The notes beneath the pieces are model-generated. The model worked only from the letters and a program-made list of their open reading frames with translations, was not told where the DNA came from and made no database searches. From positions 8,308,001 to 8,372,000 of the forward strand of contig CP075493.1 of assembly GCA_021613535.1 (NCBI GenBank): a stretch of DNA of 64,000 nt, in the 5' to 3' direction. The position numbers and the translations under genes are program-made. This document shows, piece by piece, positions 40,703-52,767 of this stretch (position 1 is its first letter; each line of letters starts with the position of its first letter). This DNA comes from Adineta vaga. Its lineage: Eukaryota; Animalia; Rotifera.

Positions 40703-42509
40703 ATCTTCGTTTGTACCCAAATCTAAACGATACAAGTAAAATTAAGAATGCATTAGGAAACCAATCTGCTAATTATTTATACAAATATGTATTTATATTC
40801 TACAACGGAAAAAAAGACATAAGAACTTGTTTAACTTATAAACTATGTTTGTTGTTATGTATCATTATATCTATTATTCTAAGGCAAATAATACCATCTT
40901 ATGAATAGTCAATGTTGTAACAAAAAAAAAAACAGAAAGAGAGAGATACAAAATACGCATAAAATGTAGAAGTAACAGTCGAGCAATGGGCACAGAGACA
41001 TCATCATCATCATCATCAACAACAACAACAACAGATTTTTTTCTCTTTCTCAGCCGGTCGACGCATCGTTTGTTGTTAGCAATGGAAGGAATAGAGAATT
41101 GTATGCATAGTAAAAGAAATAAACGCGGAGGTTCCTTCGATGAAGATTCCTTTTCTTTCCTCTTTTCCTCTCGTCGTCTTCTCAATAGCGTTTTTTTCTT
41201 TCATAGAAAAGAAAAAGGCACATGTGAGTCAAAGATCTCCTCGCTGCACTATTTTAATTCAATCACACAACAAGGCATCACTAAAAACGCAAAACTTAAA
41301 TAAAAAAGAATACAGACAGAAGTATCAATATTTGTTATGAAGAAAATAGCAAATGACATTCAAATTTATTAATATGATTCCTTCAGGCGATTGAATACGC
41401 AACTCATAGATCGCATCTAAACGGCAAGTGTTGTTCGATGTTATTGTAACTTATATAGTCATTAGAAATGGTTCGATAAGTGTTTTTTGACTTCATGATG
41501 AACTCTATTTTTTTCTACATCACATCCATCGGTAATCAAGGACAACTAAAAAAAGACCTTGAAGCTTTAATAAAATTTTATTTCGAGTTTATATAAATAA
41601 AATAGCGTTTGTAAGATTTCTAGTACACAATGAATATGATCAAAACCAAACAAATAGCATAATAAACTATTAACGAACCTGGTGTGTAAACCATTTCTTG
41701 TTAACCAATAGTGTAGTGACTATAGACGAAAAGAAGTAATATGTATTATTATTGTTTGATTAGCATAGCATATAAATAACAATCAATACGACACGTTTGT
41801 TTGCAACTTATTTCACTGTTCTAATAATAGTTTGTTTATTAGATGTGTTGTAATCGTGATTGACTGAGGAAATAAAAAGGTAGTCGTAGTCGATGTCCTT
41901 TGTTTCGCTGCTGTGGTTCTTATGTATATACACACACCGTTTGCGTGTCATTTGATGTATCTACGCGAACAAATCCTCTTTTCGTTCTTGTAATTGCGAT
42001 GATAAGAAACGCATCAAAAAAACTGAATTTGATTCGAATAGAATAGAGCCAAGTAAGAAGAACAAGAAGAAGAGGAAGAAGATGTAATCTGTAATGATAG
42101 GAAAAAAAACAATGAATCTTTTGTTTCGTAAATTTGAATGATCAATCTCAATGATTACACGTCAAGGTTTGAAGTCGAAAAAAAATGATTTTTTTTATTC
42201 TCACATGATAGTTATAATAACAAAAAAGAAGAAAGAAAAAAAAAGAAAATGGCAATAGGTATAACAGGTTCATCATATAAATATATGTTTCTTTTTTTGA
42301 AATAAATTGTTTAGTTGTTCAATACTGTGAGAATGAAAAAAGAGATAACAGACCTTATCAGAATGAAAGCAAAAAGAACAAAACAAATTGAACTATACAT
42401 TAAATAAGAAGTGAAAACTAACAACAAAAACAGAAAACATCGGTAAGAAAGAGAAAAAAAAATCACCGTCTTGTAAGTGAAGAAAAAGGCAGCTTTTGTC
42501 TTCAAGTAT

Positions 42510-43353
42510 TTATCGTGACCAAGTCATACTGGTTGGCGTTCTTCGATCAGTAAAAAACGATCGAAGTAATAACACAGTACCAATTGCTACAATAATAACG
42601 AGAATAAGTTGTCCTAATGACCAAATTTGTACACGTTCTTGAAGATCTTCAGCACGTGCACGACCGGTTGCTTCACGTAAACGATGATGTGTTTGATAAT
42701 CAATAGCTGATTCGAGATTACGATGAATATTTCCTACTTTTGATTCGATCTAATTACAAAAAAGACAGAAATGAAGTTTAGCAATTGAGAATTTCATATT
42801 CTTTTCTAACAAACCATTGTTAATGCACCTTCAGCAACACGTGGATTTGCACTACCAATTTCATGTTCTGGATCACCATCAACTCTCCAATCTATAATTT
42901 ATAGAAAATTTTCTTTTGATCGTTGAATTCTTTACTTATTCATACCCATATAAATGACTTTATGTGTATACGTAGAAAATTCATTACTGAAACAAAACTC
43001 GTACACTCCATCTTCTTCTGCCGTTCGTTCAATTTGATCATATTGTTTTTTTGTTACTTGGTATAAAATTTTACCCGATGGACTTTTTAATTCTAAATCA
43101 ACATCATAATTACCACCAGTAACAACCTATTCAATGGAAAAAGAAAAGGATGACTTGCATTAGAAAAACAAAATCCATGAAATTAGAAGTGATTTACTTG
43201 AAATTCTAATACATATTTGGAACCAGTTTTAAGATTTTCATGAAAACAGTCTTTTGCATTATCCGGCAATTCAAATGTTAATTCATTCGAAGAAATTTCA
43301 CGAAACAAAACTGTTATGAAAAACAATGGAATATAGAATGCCGAGTTTAACAT
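42510..43353 (-). CDS. TMED7: p24/TMED cargo receptor (gamma class, TMED7/TMED3-like); 4 exons, missed by the ORF track
   Basis: [12 protein letters not shown]...[18 protein letters not shown]...[14 protein letters not shown]...[23 protein letters not shown]...[23 protein letters not shown]...TM...LRSFFTD. Confidence 0.93.
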
Positions 43354-43543
43354 TGTCTAGAAGAAAAAATTGAAAAAAAACAAAGAAAGAAACGATATGA
43401 AGGATTAGCCCAAATATGATTTCATTTTGAAACTTGTATTTTATACACGTATTGCATGTCTTATCAATCAGCCAATCAGTCATTTACGACCACATCATCG
43501 TTAATGAATGAAACTACTTTTGATTAGATGTCGCCACATGCTT

Positions 43544-43556
43544 ATTTCTTAGCAAC
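43544..43556 (+). promoter_or_regulatory. Candidate RFX X-box upstream of BBS8
   Basis: ATTTCTTAGCAAC carries a perfect RGYAAC half-site, 78 bp upstream of the BBS8 ATG, in the 280-bp divergent TMED7/BBS8 gap. BBS genes are established RFX targets. Confidence 0.5.
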
Positions 43557-43633
43557 AAGTCACACTAGGATTTAAGGTATGGTAGAATTCTGACAAGGAA
43601 AACATCTAAATAGAAAATAATTAGTCAAAAAAT

Positions 43634-45998
43634 ATGCCAGATATAGATTTACTTTTCCAAGCAATAAGTTTATTTCGTCGTCGTCAATATGAACCATGTG
43701 TTGAAGTGACTACTCGACTACTTACAAAGAATCCAAATGATCAAGTATATAGTTCAATTGAACTAAAATTCATCATAAAAAATATAAATCTCTTTCGTAG
43801 GTTGCATGGCTACTAAAAATGCGTGCATTAACCGAACAAGTATATGTCGATGAGACTGAAATTGCTGATGATGGTCTTGCAAATATGTTAGATGAAAATG
43901 CATTTCATCAAGCACCTATGCCTGGTACATCGATGAGACAACCAACAGCAAATCCAAATACAGGAATGAATGGACCAAGTCCAGCAATGAGACCAATGAC
44001 AATGACTGGTCGACCAATCACAGGTATGCTTCGATTAAATACTCAATCAACGCAAGGTGGTAAAAGTATGGAAAATGTTTTAAAAACTGCTCGAACAGCT
44101 GCAACAGCAAGACCTGTAACAACAGCAACAGGTCGTTTTGTTCGACTTGGAACAGTAGGTTTCATATTTTTTTTAGAATAGATGAAATATTCGAGGAAAA
44201 TTATCTCAGAAAGAAGAAAAAAAAAAAGAAATACAGATTGTTTCTTATTTTAAATCATTTGCTGGTGTTACATTAATTCCAAATTTCATTGGTGTATTAT
44301 TTTCTTCATTATCACCACAAATACATCGACAATTGAGACGATACTCTGGCATAGTTAAATATTCTTGAATATCACGTAAAAACTCGGATGAACTTGTTTG
44401 ACATCGAGATATTTCTTTACTTGCATCACAACAACATTTACAATCAACAAATGAAACATTAAAATGATCTTTTAAATAACCAGTTGATGCTTCTTGATGT
44501 TGATTATCATTCGTAATAGTTGGAGACGTATTTGAGATACAACTCATAATTACGAAAATAGAAAGATTGAAAAGAAATTAACGCGCCTTTATCTATTTAG
44601 GCATCTATGTTGAGTACACCTGATGGACCATTTATTCAAGTTGGTCGATTAAATCTTCCTAAATATGCACAAAATCAAGGATTAGCTCGATCACTTTTTG
44701 AACATTTATTTCATCATGCAAATGATGTTCGCACGGTATGATATTAAGAAAAAGATCTTTCATTGTATTCTTTTGTTTATCAAGGCGCAACAATTAGCAA
44801 TACATGCGAATGAAAATGCCCAAAACAAAGATTGGTGGTGGTTAGTACAAATTGGGAAATGTTATCATCGGTACGTAAGAATAATTTTTTTTTTATATTT
44901 ATCAATTCGAAAGAACTATTTTGTGTTATTATCTTTTAGTTTGGATATGTTTCGTGATAGTGAAAAACATTATCTTCTATCTATAGAAGTTCATCCGATG
45001 ATTGATACATATCTCTATTTAGCTAAAGTTTATCTTCGTCTCGACCAACCATTACTTGCTATTAGCAGATTACAAGAAGGATTGGAAAAATTTCCTCAAG
45101 AACCATGCTTAGTTCAAGCTATTGCACGTATTCATGAGGTTTGTTTAAACCAATCTTTATAACTATGAAAAATCTTTCTTCCTAGGGTTTAAATGATATG
45201 ACACAAAGTATTGACTATTATCGACAAGTTTTGAAATTAGATAATACAAATATTGAAGCAATCGCTTGTATAGCTGCTAATCATTTTTATAATGATCAAC
45301 CGGAAATTTCGTTAAAGTTCTATCGTCGCCTATTACAAATGGGTGTAACAACATCAGCTGTATTTACAAATGTTGCCTTGTGTTGTTTTCATGCTCAACA
45401 ATATGATATAATTGTTGCTTGTTTCTTAAAAGCATTAGCTGCTGCAACAACCGATGAAGATAGAGCAGAAATTTGGTATAATATTGGTGAAATGGCCTTA
45501 GTATGTTTGAAATGTAGTCTTTAATTTCATTAATTGACTACATATTTTCATTTTAGTATACATCAGATATTCAATTTGCAATACAATGTTTTCGTTTGGC
45601 ACTTGTTTATAATAATGATCATGCTGAAGCATATAATAATTTAGGTTTAGTAGAAATACAACGAAATAATCATGAAATTGTAAATAGTTCTTCTCCTCTC
45701 CTTTTGTTACAAATTGGAAACTTGTTGTTATTTAGGGTCGAGCTTATTTGCAAACAGCACAAAGTCTTGCTCCACATATGTTTGAACCCTATTATAATTT
45801 TGGCAAATCAATGTATCAAGTAAATAAATAGTTTATTTTCAGTTTCGATTCTAAACTATTCGATTTATTTCTTTCATTTAGCAAGGTGACTTACAAAGTA
45901 GTCTTCGTGCAATAAAAACTTCACTTGAAATTTATAAAAATCATTCCGATTCCAAACATATTTTCAAAGAATTAACACAAATGTTCGCAGAACTTTAA
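43634..45998 (+). CDS. TTC8: Bardet-Biedl syndrome 8 / tetratricopeptide repeat protein 8 (BBSome subunit), multi-exon
   Basis: FRRRQY, AWLLKMRALTEQVYVDE, TARPVTTATGRFVRLGTASMLSTPDGPFI, DWWWLVQIGKCY, KVYLRLDQP, EAIACIAANHFYNDQPE and HAEAYNNL. Confidence 0.97.
44245..44547 (-). CDS. Putative nested antisense gene: 100-aa Cys-rich orphan inside BBS8 intron 2
   Basis: A complete ATG-to-TAA ORF fills most of an atypically long (446-nt, 44155-44600) intron, with balanced protein-like composition and CKCCC and CRCIC clusters. Confidence 0.6.
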   Translation of the reverse strand: MSCISNTSPTITNDNQHQEASTGYLKDHFNVSFVDCKCCCDASKEISRCQTSSSEFLRDIQEYLTMPEYRLNCRCICGDNEENNTPMKFGINVTPANDLK

Positions 45999-46308
45999 TA
46001 AAAGAGAATCTAAATGTCGTTTTGTAAATAAATCTTATTCTATATTGCAATATTTATGTTTGTTGTTGTGAAATTATAATGTGACTTAATTGACAGACAT
46101 ACAATCTTTCTTTATCTTTTGTTTTACAAACTGTCGTTGAAATACATGTATTCTTATTTTTTTCTCATTCAATAAACCACTATCAGAGATTGAAATCATG
46201 CAAATTGATTTGCATCGTAAATCAAAATCACAGTTGTTACCTACCGTCTCTCACTCTCCTCTCTCTCCTCATATCGATTTACATATCACATAGAAAACAA
46301 ATTATATA

Positions 46309-47972
46309 TTATTTCTCGATTCTCAGCAATTCTTGCAGCTGATGTCGATTTATCACAATTCGATTTATAAACCAAAGTGAACAAATAGCAAGAATAAAAC
46401 TTATTACAATATATGAAAGAGTCGATTTAAATATCAACATTATATAACCCATAATAACTGATGAAATGATTTGTGATGCAAAATAAGTACTATCAAGTAT
46501 ACCAAGTATTGTTCCAATGCCACGTGTTTGTATAACAGGATTATCAACAAAATAAATCTAAACAAAAACAAAATCGTATCTTTCGACAAGATATCTTTTC
46601 TTTTACTTCTCGATTGGCATGATAAGTCATAACAAGAGTATAAGGAATGGAAGTCAATGATGCCATACCCAAACCAGATAGAGATGCCATAATATTAATG
46701 ACAACAATATTTCTTGAAACATATATGACCATCATGGATAAAGCAAAAATGAACATACCAAATGAGAAAGTTAAATGAATACCAAATTGATTAATTAATG
46801 GTCGAAGTAATGGAGCATATAGTGCACCAACAACACAATGAAATAATAAACCATATGAAGCAATACGTACACCTTGATCATATCTTAGACGTTCAGCAGT
46901 GAATTCATCAGCACTTGGATCACCCATATATACTGTTTGACCAACAAAATCGGTAAAAAACAAATTAAATGTCATGATTGCTGACCTAAATAAATTTTAA
47001 AACTGAAATAAAAAAAACAAAATTCAAGATTTTATTTACAAACCATGAACAACATTCAGCTAATGTTAAACGTCGTAAAACAAATGGCATTGTGACAATA
47101 GTTTGAACAGAATTCGAAATTGAATGAAAAATATATTTCAATAAATGAATAAGGAATAAACTATCAAACAGATTTGTTTCTGTTGTCGAAGTTTGTTCAT
47201 CAGGTATATCATAAATTTTTTCATTCGCCGATATTAATGTACAACAAAGTGTTATTGAAAAAAATAATAAAATAACAATAAATGTTAACTTTTCTTGTCC
47301 CTGCATATAATTACTAAGAAATGATTCTGTCCAATCTGTAGCTGTGATTAAATATCCTAAACATCCACCTAGAAAATCAAAGTTAGTTTAGAAGATTATA
47401 AAAAAATTTTAATTACCAAATGATGTCATAAACGAATAAACGAAAAAACATGATGACTCTTGTGGTGTACCTTTACATACATCATAAATCAATGATTCAC
47501 ATGGATTAAAACAAGCTTGCGCAGAAAAATCAAATAGAACACAAGTGATAACTAATAGACAAAGGCCAAGTTTAGGTGCATGAAGAAGTTGACCTAAAAT
47601 TAAATCAGTTATTAAACAGGTTCCCTTTTTTTAGTTCGATGAAAATATCTTACCAATAGCTTCACTTTGTGGAATTAGCATCAGACAAAAGATGATCGTT
47701 AAACAAAAGCCAAGTATAAATGGACGTCGTTTACCATATCGAGATCGACATCGATCACTGGCATGACCAACAACAGGACAGAGAAGAAAACCAAGTAGTG
47801 GACCACAACCCATTAACCATGTCATTAATGATTCAGATATTCCAGCTTTAAGTAAAATCGGTGGAATATATGTAAATGCTGATGCAGTACAAAATTCTAA
47901 TCCACAGACAAGAGATGTTATAATAAATAAATGAAATAAATCATTATTATAAACTGATTGTAAATATTTCAT
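46309..47972 (-). CDS. SLC45: SLC45-family (sucrose/H+ symporter-like) MFS transporter, multi-exon
   Basis: GLEFCTASAFTYIPPILLKAG, GPLLGFLLCPVVGHASDRCRSRYGKRRPFIL, LFDFSAQACFNPCESLIYD, FFTDFVGQTVYMGDP, YDQGVRIASYGL and RGIGT...YFASQI. Confidence 0.93.
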
Positions 47973-48532
47973 CTTCACAATAACTCGTCAAGATCATCAG
48001 TCGAATACATTTTTTTCGTAATAATCACAAGGCCATACTTTATTTTGTGAAAAATAGTGAACTTCTTTTTCTTTTACATATGCGCACATAGAAAAAAAAC
48101 ACCTTTTTCCTCCCTCTGTTATGTTCTACTGCAAATAGACATACTAGCGTGTGATGCGGTCACTGAAGAAAAATATTTGTCAGAAGAAAAGAGAGAGAAA
48201 GAAAGAAGAAACACAAACAGGCCATGACTTTCTCAGCTGCAAGAATACGAACATAGAGAATGTATTACCAATAAGAACAGAACAAAACTATGTATAGAAG
48301 TTCTGTTGATACACTGTTACTATTTTCTCTTCGACTTTTTTTTTTGGCCAAGTAGTCCGTACATCTTTGTATATCTGCAATTGGCTCGATGACAACTCAT
48401 CGGCAATACTAACAACAATCTTGCGTATACATGTTCTTTTTCTTTTTCTTCTCTACTCACTTGTATTTGTAACGGAATTACGTCATCGTAATGTTCGTGC
48501 ACATGTTCATAAAAGTTTATGACAATGCAGAG

Positions 48533-48533
<1 letters not shown>

Positions 48534-48562
<29 letters not shown>
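48534..48562. repeat. (CA)n microsatellite
   Basis: Uninterrupted run of about 14 AC units. Confidence 0.9.
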
Positions 48563-48563
<1 letters not shown>

Positions 48564-51500
48564 GAAATTTATGACTTCGAACAATGCATTTAATCTTTAT
48601 TCTTTAATAGAAGAAACCTAAGAACAATTATGAGAGAGTATTAGATCAACAAAGTAAAAGTAAACATAGACTGATTGGTATTCTTTTTCATTTTGACAAA
48701 TTAGGAATGTAAACTATCTACTCTACTATTGGCAATAGACATGAAAAAAACATTATTTAAGAACCTTACTTATGGCGATAATGTTAGTAAAGAGATATAA
48801 CAACAACTGTTGAATAATTCATACTATAATCTATTTATACTTGCTTATAATTTATTCAAAAGAACTAGTGAAGTACGCTGTAAGTACAAGGAAAACTAAA
48901 TTGAAAAAGTACACTTAATTTGATACAGAAGATCATATTTTCCAGTTGAAATTAAATAAATTTCGTTACTCATATCAATCATCAAATGTGTCGTAATCAG
49001 AAAAAAAATTCAAATCAATTGTGCTGAATACTACAGAAACGATTTGGTTGAGTTAAAGGACATCAATTAATCAAGCGATTTCTCGACGATAGACTATTCG
49101 GATACAGTTCATGATCAGACTCTTTCAAAATCCAATTATGAGAAGTCATCGTATGTTATAGAGCTTGAAAAATAATTCCATTTTTGTTATATCTGATACG
49201 TGTAATTGTTTCTTCGATTGTTATGGAATGGATATGTCTAAAAAATGATGACAAATCTCATAATACATTAACTATACCTCATCGTTATGAATGACGTTAA
49301 TAGATTCTAGCAGATTGACAAACGATTGTAATGACAAAGAATGATCACTAACTATGAAACTAGAAACAGTATCTGATTCAGTTTAAGAAATATTTTATAA
49401 AAATACTAAAAACAAAAGTTCATTTAGTATTAAACCGTATTATCGTACAATTTAATAAAGGAAATAACAATTATACGAACAGTTATGAAACAGAAAATAG
49501 TCATAGAGATATGTAAAACACATTTTGTCATACTCTTCGATTACTACAAGTCATAATAATTTTATCTGATGTTACAGTGCATCATCTAGTATTGCTTTGA
49601 ATTACGATTGACGAAATTAAATATCGAATGTGATATCAAGAAAAGTCGTTATGGTTACACTTTAATTTCTGTTCAATTTGTTTCATTGATCTTTCTTTTG
49701 AATATGATGAAACTTATAGAATTGATTAATCGACGTTCTTGAACATCAAGAGAAACACCCCATGGTGCCTTTGAAAGTAATATGTACATATCTAGACGTC
49801 TATACACTCTTTATTTGTTTTTATACAAGAGCAATAGATGATTATAGTGAACATAATTATTATCGACTATATGTTCGTATTTTGAATAGAGAATGAAATT
49901 ATAGGTACTTTTGTTTTCGATAATTTCTATTGTATAATCGATTTTCGTTAATATATACTCATTGAAATTGTGTTCTATAAGATGCGAGATGTTTTCTCTC
50001 GTTATTTAAAATCCAATTCATATATTCTATTGCAGATTTACATGAAATAATTGATAAAATTTCACGTTCATTTCGTTTCTTTTTCTACTATGCTGATACG
50101 CTTTAATAAACTTTGATTTGAATTAAATTGAATTGAATTTTTGATGTCAAATGTCATAAAAACACAAACTTGATAGCATATTTATTTTGTTCATTAAACC
50201 TTAAATACAAAATATAGTATAACAATTTGTTATTCATATTCAATAGTTAATGAAAAGTACACGACATTATTAATCATTCATGGTAAAAATATATCGAACA
50301 AAAGCATAGTTCAATATTTACAGTGAACGTATTTTTTAATCAAATTGAATTGATTTGACTAATACATCAAAGATGACATTTTATTTTGAACAAATAGTTT
50401 GTAATTTTCTTTGTCCTGCTGTGTCAATTCAATTGTATACAAATCGAAAGTGAATAATGACGATCAAGAAAACAATCGAACATCGGATGACTTGCACAGC
50501 AAGTGATTTCCGTCAACGATTAACTATTAATTAAATCATCGAAGTCGGTAGAAAATAAAACAAAAAGGCAACAGTAGGAGTAGATCTCTTCATCATCAAG
50601 ACTCTTGAATATTTTCAAAGAATCAAATCAATCGATCATTTATGTTTGTCGAAGTGATGTTCTTGTAACAAAGAACAATAATCATATAAACAAAAAGGAA
50701 ACGATGTTCATCCAAATGTTAAATAAGATAAAAAAATATTTCGGCAATTATCTGACATTTCATAGAAGAAATAAACGAATGCTATTGATTGTATATATAT
50801 TTATAAAAGAACCATTTTCTTATCTTTATTTTTCTTGATTAATAAGACAAATGTTTTTTACTCTGATGAAAATTATATAACAGATATCGGAAGAAAATAA
50901 CAAGCAACTGATTCATTTGTTCAGTATATATTGACAAAAATTAACAATGAAGTCAATTTCGATATTTACTTGACGTGATTGAATTGTTAAGATTCTATCC
51001 TGGTCACTTACTTTCTTCTTTTCGTGTCTCTTCTCTTCAAACAACGAGAGAGAAAAGAAACAAGCATGACAATAAATAGCCTGTGGACTCGTCATTCTTT
51101 TCTTCATTTGTTCAACGCTTGAGAGATGATAGTTCGAAGCATACTGGATTAATAATAAGAGCTATTCTCTTCATTCACTGATGTCTGTGTATGCATGTAT
51201 GTATGTATATAAATATAACTATAGATACACACGACTAGCCATTGTACTTTTGATGAATTATTGCTTTTTTTCATAGAGAGAAAGGATAGATAATAAAAAA
51301 AGATTGAATAGACTAGCAACTCTTATCTATCTATATGTAGACAAACACGGAAGAAGAAGAAGAAGACGACGACGTAAATCATCATCGACTAGGGATAGAA
51401 GTAGTGTTCATATTGTTTATATGTTGATTACCGAAATTGATGACGTGTACATATAGGTATGGTGAACTTTACTTTCGAGAGTCTTGTCGTCTCTTACTTC

Positions 51501-52767
51501 CTCTCTTGTTGATCATCATATAGAATATGAAGAGCACGAGATAAGATCGATGACAAGTCAAGTTTCTCTTTTTTTTCCTACTTCTCGGTATGTATGTGTG
51601 TATATAGATATTGTCTGACCGATCACAAGTTTCATATCCTTCCTTATTTGAACAGGTGAATGAGTAATAGATAAAATTGATCATATGCGATATTCTCTCC
51701 GCCTTCATTTCAAATTCCACTTAATTATATTTTGTCTCATTTAAATTCTCTATCATTATGAATATAAGTGTGCAAATCATCTCAGTAGTGAACAAGTTCA
51801 ATTATAGAATACGAGATATGGGAGCAGTAAAGTGTGCAGCGACTGAATTTTATCTTTCCGCATTCTCTTTATGCATGTTGATTGACAAGGGTCATCGAAA
51901 CGCTTGCGGCATCCCACTGATACTAGTAGTCATCGTCAGCATCTTCATCATTGAAGAAGAAGAAAAAGAAGTGAGTCTATCCTCTCCATTTGATATCTAA
52001 TTGATTGAAGCATGTCTGCTACTTCACAATAAAGTAGATATCCTGGGTGTGTTAGTATCTAAAAGGTCATTGGCTTCTATCTGTTAACGTAATTATTATT
52101 CTTCATCGATATTTACTGGTCCACACATTTTCTTTCGTCCATCTGACAAAATAAATAAACATTGTATCGGAACATTGAATGATCTGCAAAAAAAAAGAAA
52201 AAGAGAAAAGTCGTTCGTTCATTCCAACTGAGAGTCTTCTTCGAGTTTCTTCTTCTTGATCATCATTATTTTTTTTGCGAAAATGTCAACAACAGGTGTC
52301 CAACGGATAATTGATCAAAAGTTATATCATGACTCTAATAGTTCTTCTATGGTTTATATAGAGAATATGTCTCTCCTAATACAATGATTACGTAGATCAG
52401 TCCTCTGATTACATCTATATATAATATTTGTAACAAAATTTTCCATGTTCAAATGTTCATCATAGAGTTCATTCGATGATGAGAATAGGTAATTGAATAA
52501 GGTCGCTTCGATCTCATGTTGAGATAGTCGCGCCTCGTATATTCATGTTCATACTTCAAATTAGACCCGCTAGCTATTGGACAGATTGAATGATCGACAC
52601 TTTTCTCTCCTTCTATGAGAACGAGAGAGAGAGAGAGAGTGAGAGTGAGAGAGAAAGATGGACAAATTGTCGTTTATCATCATCACCTTCTCTTTTTCCT
52701 TTTCTCTCTCTCTCTCTATCATACGAACTGTGAAAGACATACACATTTATATTTTAGAATCGAAACA

